From IMG/VR virus record IMGVR_UViG_3300045971_000344, positions 62,001 through 126,000 of that record: a DNA stretch of 64,000 nt; one strand, given 5' to 3'. Shown in pieces: positions 56,205 through 64,000 of this stretch. Within the stretch, counting starts at the first letter, position 1; every line of letters starts with the position of its first letter. The position numbers were made by a program, and so were the translations under genes. The notes under the pieces were generated by a model. It made no database searches and was not told the DNA's origin. It saw only the letters and a program-made list of their open reading frames with translations.

Positions 56205-56444
56205 ATGAGAACAAAGGATATAGATAAAATTAGGCAGACCATAGATTACGTTAGACAAGTATGCGCCCAAGAGTTGCCGACCATGAAAACATTAAAAAGG
56301 GATGGACATATTATTGCTATAAAAACAGCGATGAATGACATAGAATCCATCGTATCTCAGTTAAAACGCAGGGAACCCAGAGAACTTAAAATAGGGACTC
56401 GATCCTATGATATAAATTCTGAGTCAGAAGAGGAATACGAATGA
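56205..56444 (+). CDS. hypothetical protein
   Basis: GGAGG RBS. Confidence 0.6.
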   Translation: MRTKDIDKIRQTIDYVRQVCAQELPTMKTLKRDGHIIAIKTAMNDIESIVSQLKRREPRELKIGTRSYDINSESEEEYE

Positions 56445-56770
56445 ATCCTATTTTAGCGCATTTCGTAGGCGATTATCTACTTCAGAATGATTGGATGGCA
56501 CAAAATAAGAAACTAAACTCCTGGGTATGTTTGATCCATGTGTTGGCTTATTTAGCTCCTTTTTGGTTTTGCAATCTAAGCTATTGGCAGATAGTCTTAA
56601 TAGGGATCCAGCATTTTCTACAGGATAGAACAAATTTTATACTGTGGCTCATGAAGATTAAAGGAAGTGAAGTCTTTGCAACAGGTCCGTGTAGTCCATG
56701 GTCAATAATTGTAACCGATAATATTGTCCATATTATCTTTATAGCCATTATAACACAAATAAAAATATAA
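56441..56770 (+). CDS. DUF3307-like membrane protein
   Basis: AHFVGDYLLQNDWMA..K...HVLAY...QHFLQD. Confidence 0.8.
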   Translation: MNPILAHFVGDYLLQNDWMAQNKKLNSWVCLIHVLAYLAPFWFCNLSYWQIVLIGIQHFLQDRTNFILWLMKIKGSEVFATGPCSPWSIIVTDNIVHIIFIAIITQIKI

Positions 56771-56782
56771 AAGGGGAAGCGC

Positions 56783-57142
56783 ATGACAAGTAAAAATGAG
56801 AAAAACAAAGTTAAATCTATTTTGGAAGGTCGTAAGAAAAAGTCTAACAAAAGATTTGAAAGAGGCATACTAGTAGAGGCGGACCATATAGTAAACACAG
56901 ATCGACCAGATAGGTATGGGGATGTAGGAGAATCTTTTGATAGGGCTGCTAAGATTGCTACCTTAATGATGACACCCAAGCAACTTGAAGGTGGAGAAAT
57001 TACGCCCCAAATGGTATGTATAATCGTTAGAGCCCTTAAGGCGACCCGTGATGTCTATAGCCCAGAAAATCCTGACCACATGAGAGACCAATGTGGATAC
57101 GCAGAGTTGCAGGACCAACTACGCCAATTGGGGTACGAATAA
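56783..57142 (+). CDS. DUF6378-like all-alpha protein
   Basis: ADHIVNTDR..RYGD..ESF...K..R...DH..D.CGY. Confidence 0.75.
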   Translation: MTSKNEKNKVKSILEGRKKKSNKRFERGILVEADHIVNTDRPDRYGDVGESFDRAAKIATLMMTPKQLEGGEITPQMVCIIVRALKATRDVYSPENPDHMRDQCGYAELQDQLRQLGYE

Positions 57143-57570
57143 TGAGTACAATACCTTATCCATACTTTTACTTAGGCTTAGAAATTAATATAGAACAAAT
57201 CTCACAAGAAACCTTAACCGATCCAACTGTATGGAGAACATTTACTAAAGAAGAAATAACTGTTCCGTGTGATCCCAATATGCTTAGAATTGTTCAGGCA
57301 ATAGGAGGGACGCCAATTCCAGATAAACCTTCGGTTGAGTACACGCATATAGGTCTTAAAGAATTTATTAGCACAGGCGGAGTAATTCCAGAAGAGTGCG
57401 ACTTAACAGATATACAAAATATAAGGATTTATTTTAATGGTAAGCCTGCTGAGGAAGGAGAGGACTACGAATTGGTCCATAAAGAACATAAAATAAAGAT
57501 CCTTTGGGATAAAATAGAAGACACTGATATATTTTCTTTTAGTCTCCCTTTAAAGGTTGACTTATGGTAA
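57091..57570 (+). CDS. hypothetical protein (start probably 57142)
   Basis: TAATG overlap. Confidence 0.65.
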   Translation: MWIRRVAGPTTPIGVRIMSTIPYPYFYLGLEINIEQISQETLTDPTVWRTFTKEEITVPCDPNMLRIVQAIGGTPIPDKPSVEYTHIGLKEFISTGGVIPEECDLTDIQNIRIYFNGKPAEEGEDYELVHKEHKIKILWDKIEDTDIFSFSLPLKVDLW

Positions 57571-57767
57571 TAAAGAAATATGAAGTTAGAACCTTTAAAG
57601 AAGTATACGAATGTACGGATTGTAGAATAGGAGAATCTAATTTTGACTCTACAGTTATAAGCGAAGGAAAAGTCTTTTATGAGCATCGCTGCTCACATTG
57701 TGGATCAATGGTAGTACTGGATAAAAAATTTCCTAATCTAATCTACATACCTATGAAGAACATTTAA
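57564..57767 (+). CDS. small Zn-ribbon protein
   Basis: CTDC...H.CSHCG. Confidence 0.65.
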   Translation: MVIKKYEVRTFKEVYECTDCRIGESNFDSTVISEGKVFYEHRCSHCGSMVVLDKKFPNLIYIPMKNI

Positions 57768-57790
57768 TGTTTTGTTCATAATTTATATGT

Positions 57791-58156
57791 ATGAAGGCAT
57801 TAATAACGACTAGGAAAGGTAGACCAAAAATGCTTAAAAAGAATCGACCAAAAGTTGTTTCCTCAGTAACGTACCAAAACCGCTGTGGTTGCGGTGATAT
57901 CTTTGTAACTTGTTCAGACCACCAAGGTTCACTCTTTGAGGTATTTGCTGTTTTGGGTAAGGCTGGAGGATGTGGGCAGGCAAACAAAACGTCTGTAGGC
58001 AAGCTAATTTCAGTTGCATTGAGATCAGGCACAGAGCCAAAGTCAATAATAAAGGCAATTGAAGGCGTGAGCTGTCATAAGGCTTCTACAACAACTCCGT
58101 CTTGTATTGATGCAATCGCCCTTGCTATAAAAGAACACGTAGGTAAAGCGAGTTAA
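57791..58156 (+). CDS. stand-alone TSCPD domain (class II ribonucleotide reductase C-terminal domain)
   Basis: GCGDIFVT...EVF..GKAGGC...GKLISVALRSG...I...EGVSC...SCIDAIA. Confidence 0.85.
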   Translation: MKALITTRKGRPKMLKKNRPKVVSSVTYQNRCGCGDIFVTCSDHQGSLFEVFAVLGKAGGCGQANKTSVGKLISVALRSGTEPKSIIKAIEGVSCHKASTTTPSCIDAIALAIKEHVGKAS

Positions 58157-58158
58157 AC

Positions 58159-58536
58159 ATGAAACCCATCTACCTAATCCAGGAACATCATGCAACTAAA
58201 TTGCACTATGATCTCCGTCTTCAAGTTAATTCTGTACTGTTTAGCTGGGCAGTACCTAAAAATATTTCAGATGAAGTAGGGGTTAAAAGACTTGCGATCC
58301 GTACGGATGACCACGCACTTAGCTGGGCAACATTTGAAGGACGAATAACCGAAGGGTACGGAAAAGGTACTGTAAAGATCTGGGATAAAGGCCATTATAT
58401 ACCTCTTGAGATAAAAAGCGGTAAAATGGTCTTTAAGATCAAAGGGAAGAAGAGGAAGGGTATTTGGAGCCTAAGTAAGATGAAGGGTGAAGAATCAAAA
58501 TGGATTCTGGAAAAGATAGGGGGATTAAGTGATTGA
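58159..58536 (+). CDS. stand-alone LigD 3'-phosphoesterase domain
   Basis: IQEHHATKLHYDLRL...SWAVPK...KRLAI..DDH...FEG.I..GYGKGTV.IWDKG. Confidence 0.92.
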   Translation: MKPIYLIQEHHATKLHYDLRLQVNSVLFSWAVPKNISDEVGVKRLAIRTDDHALSWATFEGRITEGYGKGTVKIWDKGHYIPLEIKSGKMVFKIKGKKRKGIWSLSKMKGEESKWILEKIGGLSD

Positions 58537-59023
58537 TAAATATGGATTATCCAAGGTAGGTGAAGGTCTTTCAGACGAAGCTAAAGAACTGGTAAGTATC
58601 GCCCTTAAAAACGCAGAGAACAAAATAACGATTACTACAGTGGGTTCACATTGGAAAGAAATTGCTATCTTTATCCTTATTATTCTTGCATCCCTTTTTT
58701 ACTATCAGGGTCTTAAGGCTAAAAATGAATTGAAGACAAAGCAAGAAACCTTCAATAGGCTTGAAAAAATAGAGAACATTGACAAGACATTGAAGACCGT
58801 AGAAGAAAACCAGAAAATTTTGTACCCTAAAATAGACTCAGATTTAGCTGAGATCGCGCGCACCCGAGCGTCCTTAGAGGAGTTATCAAAGAAGATAAAG
58901 ATACTACCCAAAGAGTCTTTTAGAAAAGAAGTAGCTAAATTACCTATTGAGACCATTTCAGAAGAACTGAATAAACTAGGGTACTCTAATACTATTGTAA
59001 CCGAAGAGGGAACTCAAAAATGA
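58529..59023 (+). CDS. membrane-anchored coiled-coil protein (i-spanin-like, tentative)
   Basis: one TM helix followed by coiled coil. Confidence 0.6.
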   Translation: MIDKYGLSKVGEGLSDEAKELVSIALKNAENKITITTVGSHWKEIAIFILIILASLFYYQGLKAKNELKTKQETFNRLEKIENIDKTLKTVEENQKILYPKIDSDLAEIARTRASLEELSKKIKILPKESFRKEVAKLPIETISEELNKLGYSNTIVTEEGTQK

Positions 59024-59448
59024 AGATCAAGATCTTGTCTTATATAACCATACTTTCTATGCTTTTTAACTTAATACCAAGCTCAGCACTTGCAGTCGAA
59101 GATGTAGTAAAGATCAGAATAGACAAAGAGAATTCTGCAAAGCTTTTGGGAGATATAAAGTATTATAAAGACACTATAACCAAGATGCAAGAGATGGTTA
59201 CAGTTAGAGATAATACAATTACCGTATCAGATAAAGAAATTGCACTTTTGAAACAGAAAACAGACCTACAGAAGACTGATATTGATTTACTCATAAAAGC
59301 AAAAGACGATTATAAGGATTTGTATACTAAAGAGAATATTGCACGATTAAAAGCCGAAGAAGAAAAACCTAGTCGGACCCTGTGGTTTACAGGTGGGGTT
59401 CTTACGGCGGTCGTTATTGGGGTATTAGGAATACTTGTTACTAAATAG
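59020..59448 (+). CDS. secreted coiled-coil protein with C-terminal TM
   Basis: signal peptide ending ALA; LWFTGGVLTAVVIGVLGILV. Confidence 0.65.
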   Translation: MKIKILSYITILSMLFNLIPSSALAVEDVVKIRIDKENSAKLLGDIKYYKDTITKMQEMVTVRDNTITVSDKEIALLKQKTDLQKTDIDLLIKAKDDYKDLYTKENIARLKAEEEKPSRTLWFTGGVLTAVVIGVLGILVTK

Positions 59449-59459
59449 TAAGCTAGTAT

Positions 59460-59494
59460 AGTGGGCCTGTAGAGTTGCTATCTACAGGCCCACT
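59460..59494. terminator. bidirectional terminator at strand switch
   Basis: 14-bp perfect stem AGTGGGCCTGTAGA/TCTACAGGCCCACT between convergent genes. Confidence 0.85.
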
Positions 59495-59500
59495 CTTACT

Positions 59501-62335
59501 TTAAATGTCAATTAGATCTAAATTACTATTTGCGGACTCTACTTTCTTCTTTGCTTTTGCCGCAAGCTTAGGATACTTTTTCTCAAAATAGGATGCGAGC
59601 TTTACTGGATCTTGCTTTAAATAGTATGAAACTAATTCTTCAACAACCGCCGTTATATATTCCTCTTTATTCTTATCATCATCTTCGGATTTTTCCTCAG
59701 GTGCATCTGCGTCTTCATCGCTATTAACCCCTTCACTCTTATCCTCACCTTTATCCTCTTCAGTCTGATCTTCCTTTTTAGTATCAGCAGGAACTTTATC
59801 GTCTTTTAAGTCCTTAGTGGTTTTTTCTACTTCATCAAAATCAATCTTATTTTCTTCATCAATATCTTCATCCGCTTCTTTCACGGTTGGAACTTTATCA
59901 TCCTTTAAATCCTTCGTAACTTTTGTAACCGCGTCAAAATCAATCTTACCTGTTTCTTCGGGTTCATCTTCAACTTCAGCCTCAACTTCGCTTTCCTTTA
60001 CTTCCAAATCATTGTTTACTTTAGTATCCTCGTCCTTACGGTCCAATTCAGGAACAGAAACTTGTTTGACCTCTCCTGATTGTTTCTCTTGTTTATCTTC
60101 TTCCTCTAATTCCTCAGGTTTAGGGTCAGGTGCTTCCTTATGGACTTCTTTTAACTTTTGTTGGACATGATGAGGCAATACCTTTAAGGTATTTTCATTT
60201 AGAATATTCCTTATTTCAGCCGCAGATTGCGCGATAAATAATACTGAAGATGTAACCTCGTTCTTTTTGCCACCATTACTACCACTACTTGGAATTATGT
60301 GAGTATTTTTCTCTATTTTCTTCTTAAGAGCCTGGATTATGGTCTCTCTAGAATCGTAAACCTTATCCTCTAATTCTTCATAATCATCATAGGGTCCAAA
60401 TTTCTTTTTCCCTATTTCAACTTCATACTCACCCGACTTACTTCCATTTTCTTTGGCCTTTCTAAGACGCTTTTTTATATATTCATCAGGTTGCAACTCC
60501 GAAATATCTTTATCATTCAGCATAGGATATTTTTTCTTTATCTTAACTGTATCCATAGTTGTCAAATCAATATCTACCTGATCTTCTGTATGGCCCAGCT
60601 TTTCAAATTTCCTTTTCTTTTTAGAGCCCTTACCTTTATAGCTAAAGTCTTCTTCATCGTACTCATAGTCCTGTCCCTCAGATCGATCCTTCAAGACCTT
60701 TAGTTGTTCTTTCAACTCATCTTGATTACCCTTAAATACTACGTCACCATAGAGAGGAACTTCATACATTCCATTTTTATCCGGAACAGCCGAGGTTAAG
60801 GTTCTGATCTGTTCATCATAATCTTTGTAATCAAAAAACAGTTTGTCGATTTCTTCATCCATCTTATCTAAAGTATCCGCTTCTACCTCTGGGTATTTAG
60901 ACAGATACTGTTTTTGTGAAATCGCGTTTTTATCTACGTTTGTAAAGCGAAGATCATCGAAACGATCTTTATCTACAAATGGGTATTTCTTTAAGAAATC
61001 TTCGCGCTCAAATTTTTCGTCTTCATTACCTATAGTGTTGAAATCCTCTATAAATTTATTGTACTCGTCTTCAGTATAACCAGATGGTACTAGAGATTTT
61101 AGTTTCTGACAATCATTGGCCGCACCGTCATTTATTTTCTTTAGATTTTGGATAATTTCATGTTTTCGGTCCTCACTAACCTTACCCTTTAAATGCTTTT
61201 CCAGTATAGGATAATGAAAGACGAACCTATATTTATCTAAGTATTCATCTTTGGGCAATACACAAAAATCACGCTTTATTTCCATACGCTGAGCATACGT
61301 CAAGTTTTTAGGTAAATGAGATTCTAAGTATTTACCTTGTGCTGTGAGGTTAGTCTCTTCACGCTTTTGTTTATTTTTCTCGTCCAAATCCTTTAACTTG
61401 TCATCTATGTCTGCTACGAGCTGTACCCCTTCATGGGCGATTACAAGTGCAAAAGGTCCTAAAATAATGAAGGCGGCACTATACAATGCGAGCTTTGCAT
61501 AGATAGACTCACCTAAAATCTTTGCGGCCTTCGAGACAACTGTCCTACCATTTACTTCTACTGTAGTTACACCCTTTTTAACTAATTCATATAACTCAGT
61601 TGCACCTATTTTAGTCAACGCTGTTGTAACCACGTCTTTAGAGATTGGACCTGTATCACGCTTTGCTATTTCATTGGTTACATTATCTTGTGAATCAGGC
61701 CCTTTCTTTTTAGGGTCATTTTGCTTTTTCATCTCTACATAAAGATTTCTATTATCTTCATTATCTTCTAACCCGTATTTCTTAAAGAGCTCTGACCTAG
61801 TCATTTTAAACAAGTCATTTTTTATCTGTTCTAATTCATCCTCGCTTGTAACATCAGAGTCTGAGTCTTCATTCTCTCCTTTGTTATCTGTAGAATCTCC
61901 GGAACCGTTATTTTTGTCTTTCCATTCCTTTACATAAGTATATTCTTCATAGTCATCTAAGCCCTGTTTCTTACGTTCAGCATTGTCTTCAGATAAGAGT
62001 TTGTCGTACTCAGCTACGTACTGTTTTCTTTGATCCTCATCAGCCTTATCCCAATCTGACTTGTTAAACAGGGTCTGACTATTTTTCTTAGTAGTAGTAC
62101 CAGAATCTGAAGGGGAAGTAGATGGCTTAGACGCAGGTGTATCTGGCTTTTTAGGCGCTTCTGCAGGTTTAGTCGCCTCAGGTTTTTTAGGGGCCTCCGC
62201 GGTCTTAGCAGTGGGCTTAATATTTTTCTTATGTTTAGGTGATTGTCCACCAGTCTTTTTGGATTGTCGTTTATTCGACAATTCGGTATTAAGGACATTT
62301 CCTTTTATCTTAACAGCAGATAGATTCAATTTCAT
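59501..62335 (-). CDS. large acidic low-complexity protein with central hydrophobic segment
   Basis: 944-aa ORF; D/E/K-rich; internal repeats. Confidence 0.88.
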   Translation of the reverse strand: MKLNLSAVKIKGNVLNTELSNKRQSKKTGGQSPKHKKNIKPTAKTAEAPKKPEATKPAEAPKKPDTPASKPSTSPSDSGTTTKKNSQTLFNKSDWDKADEDQRKQYVAEYDKLLSEDNAERKKQGLDDYEEYTYVKEWKDKNNGSGDSTDNKGENEDSDSDVTSEDELEQIKNDLFKMTRSELFKKYGLEDNEDNRNLYVEMKKQNDPKKKGPDSQDNVTNEIAKRDTGPISKDVVTTALTKIGATELYELVKKGVTTVEVNGRTVVSKAAKILGESIYAKLALYSAAFIILGPFALVIAHEGVQLVADIDDKLKDLDEKNKQKREETNLTAQGKYLESHLPKNLTYAQRMEIKRDFCVLPKDEYLDKYRFVFHYPILEKHLKGKVSEDRKHEIIQNLKKINDGAANDCQKLKSLVPSGYTEDEYNKFIEDFNTIGNEDEKFEREDFLKKYPFVDKDRFDDLRFTNVDKNAISQKQYLSKYPEVEADTLDKMDEEIDKLFFDYKDYDEQIRTLTSAVPDKNGMYEVPLYGDVVFKGNQDELKEQLKVLKDRSEGQDYEYDEEDFSYKGKGSKKKRKFEKLGHTEDQVDIDLTTMDTVKIKKKYPMLNDKDISELQPDEYIKKRLRKAKENGSKSGEYEVEIGKKKFGPYDDYEELEDKVYDSRETIIQALKKKIEKNTHIIPSSGSNGGKKNEVTSSVLFIAQSAAEIRNILNENTLKVLPHHVQQKLKEVHKEAPDPKPEELEEEDKQEKQSGEVKQVSVPELDRKDEDTKVNNDLEVKESEVEAEVEDEPEETGKIDFDAVTKVTKDLKDDKVPTVKEADEDIDEENKIDFDEVEKTTKDLKDDKVPADTKKEDQTEEDKGEDKSEGVNSDEDADAPEEKSEDDDKNKEEYITAVVEELVSYYLKQDPVKLASYFEKKYPKLAAKAKKKVESANSNLDLIDI
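59788..59947 (-). repeat. two-copy coding repeat KIDFD.V.K.TKDLKDDKVP (33-aa period)
   Basis: seen in translation and DNA. Confidence 0.85.
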
Positions 62336-62338
62336 AGA

Positions 62339-63265
62339 CTAATCCTTTAGCGACTCATATTTTTCTTTTAGAAATTCTAACACTGTAGAAGCGTCTCGTA
62401 ACTTATGTCGGCGCATATTAGCGATAAAGTCATCCACAATCATTTTTTCTGCCTTAGACCCAGAACGAGAATTGTGTATATTGTTCTCTATAGAGATTTG
62501 AATATCTCTTCTATCAGATCCGTAGTATAATCTTGACCTCAAATCATCTGCGTCTTCTGAAAGAACATCTCCACAGTTTTTCTTAAAAAGCTCATTTATT
62601 AGGTCCACGTATCCTCTAGATGAAGTAAATCCTTTTGTTGCCTTGTTTTTGTTCTGCACCATATAAGCGTTGTAATCCTTATAGAAATAAATAGGGATAC
62701 CATAGGCGGTTCCATATTCACCTATCTTTCTATACATCTTAGCAAAGTCATAATACTTATCGAATTCTTTGCTTGTCAATTCTCTCTTTTTGTCAATACT
62801 TATAACTGCGTACTCACAAAGGTTTATGTGGACCTCAGTTATATACTTATTTAGGGGCTTTATAGTTGGTTCTGTAGAGTAAATGCGATCCTCATTCTCT
62901 TGATACCTAAGTGGTGCCTCATCATCTGAAGATCCATTTCGGAATTCTCTACCCCAGTAATCTACGGATTCACCTGAGTATTTCTCTGCGAGCTTATGTC
63001 CGTTAATTACCAAGCAACAAGCCCAATCCGGACTTGCCTGTCGTGCGTATCCTCCAAACTTAACCCTAGACATAGACAAAAAGTAAGGTTTAAACTTCTT
63101 GGACTTATTTGTTCTATCTGAAGATGTACCTAGGTTATTGGTCAAGTGTATGTTATTGTCTTCCATTATATTTACAAGTTTATCCACAGTAGTATTATGG
63201 TACACGATAGGAGATATACCTGCCAGTTCTGTATTAGTGTTAACATGTACTTTATTTATCTTCAT
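62339..63265 (-). CDS. putative ADP-ribosyltransferase-fold protein
   Basis: VYHNT...FLSMSR...QENEDRIY in ART strand order. Confidence 0.45.
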   Translation of the reverse strand: MKINKVHVNTNTELAGISPIVYHNTTVDKLVNIMEDNNIHLTNNLGTSSDRTNKSKKFKPYFLSMSRVKFGGYARQASPDWACCLVINGHKLAEKYSGESVDYWGREFRNGSSDDEAPLRYQENEDRIYSTEPTIKPLNKYITEVHINLCEYAVISIDKKRELTSKEFDKYYDFAKMYRKIGEYGTAYGIPIYFYKDYNAYMVQNKNKATKGFTSSRGYVDLINELFKKNCGDVLSEDADDLRSRLYYGSDRRDIQISIENNIHNSRSGSKAEKMIVDDFIANMRRHKLRDASTVLEFLKEKYESLKD

Positions 63266-63540
63266 AAGTTATCCCTAAATTCCCTATCATTTTTGACCCA
63301 CCTGTCTACTTCCTCTTTAGTTACATCTGCAGGTTTGTGTTTACTACATCTAAAACAGAGTAGTTTCTTCCCTGCCTTTGCTTCAGCTTTTTTAACTTCC
63401 TCGTAGTGGTAACACTCTAAAACAACTATATAGAGCGTACCTTTTGGTACTAATTTACTTACTACGTGTATTATTTTTCTTTTTGGAGTGACTGTAGGTT
63501 TCTCATCTACAGCGATAACTGTCTTTCTCATCTTAATCAC
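63262..63540 (-). CDS. hypothetical Zn-binding protein
   Basis: LECYH...CFRC; ATGA overlap with next gene. Confidence 0.65.
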   Translation of the reverse strand: MIKMRKTVIAVDEKPTVTPKRKIIHVVSKLVPKGTLYIVVLECYHYEEVKKAEAKAGKKLLCFRCSKHKPADVTKEEVDRWVKNDREFRDNL

Positions 63541-63666
63541 CTTTATTTTTGTATCGGTCCAAACCCCAAGCTATAACTGCACAAATTGCTAGGGCTACAA
63601 GGACCACCCCTATCATTCCATTTTCTGAGAGTGTCATAGTTGTTCTCCCTTATATAAATTATTGGC

Positions 63667-63978
63667 TTAGTCTAGATGTAATGGAGAGATGTCCTTTGCA
63701 TTTTTAAGGTCCTCTTCAGTAAGGTGCTTACGTTTTAGTCCGATTAAGAACTTGCCTAAACTTTGTTTAACCGGAGGAAGTATACCCACTATTTGGTCAG
63801 GGCTAACAGTACCTTCTTTCATGAGCCATCGACCTAAGCCGTTAGAAGACTCATGGTGTTTGTCTTGAACGTACTGACTTTTATCGTCTTTGAACTTAAT
63901 TATGGACAATACTGTATAGTCCTTTTCTTGATTTATGGCCCAACACGCCTTCATTACCCACGCTACCGCGTCTACCAA
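63667..63978 (-). CDS. hypothetical protein, probably the 3' part of a gene entering from beyond the window
   Basis: open frame at window edge. Confidence 0.55.
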   Translation of the reverse strand: MVDAVAWVMKACWAINQEKDYTVLSIIKFKDDKSQYVQDKHHESSNGLGRWLMKEGTVSPDQIVGILPPVKQSLGKFLIGLKRKHLTEEDLKNAKDISPLHLD

Positions 63979-64000
63979 GTCTTCAAAGGCATAGACATAC

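Noticed and set aside
187-58058. Many minus-strand ORFs in the track (e.g. 815..1165, 13518..13991, 16690..17280, 32878..33279, 40281..40718, 56581..56979)
   Set aside because: They lie antisense to well-supported + strand genes, lack RBS and have S/F/L/I-rich shadow composition
59817-61079. Plus-strand Ser-rich ORFs 59817..60170, 60491..60703, 60843..61079
   Set aside because: Antisense shadows of the Glu/Asp/Lys codons of the 944-aa gene
1-64000. Stop-codon reassignment (recoded phage)
   Set aside because: Long conserved genes are intact in the standard code, TAG, TGA and TAA all end genes, and there is no suppressor tRNA

Overview
This window looks like a 64-kb segment of a large (jumbo-type) AT-rich dsDNA phage genome read in the standard bacterial code. 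Genes are densely packed on the + strand from 73 to 59448, then switch at a strong hairpin (59460-59494) to - strand genes. No capsid, portal, terminase, polymerase, reverse transcriptase or CRISPR array was recognised. Four blocks stand out. (1) A topology/transcription block (5.6-18.7 kb): type IIA topoisomerase B and A subunits, two paralogous coiled-coil proteins, an HNH-RHH protein, a divergent sigma-like protein and a poxvirus-like type IB topoisomerase. (2) An RNA-rich island (19.8-25.1 kb): two tRNAs, a tmRNA, a ~510-nt GOLLD/ROOL-like RNA and several unnamed structured elements, including a diverged structured repeat that brackets a glycosyltransferase gene. A second structured noncoding region lies at 38.2-38.7 kb. 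(3) Auxiliary metabolism genes: cspA, thyX, hpt, tmk, gmhA, DHH, PHP, MazG-like x2, TylF-like, TSCPD, LigD phosphoesterase. (4) Long runs of small hypothetical ORFs. All family names come from motif recognition by eye, not from database searches.
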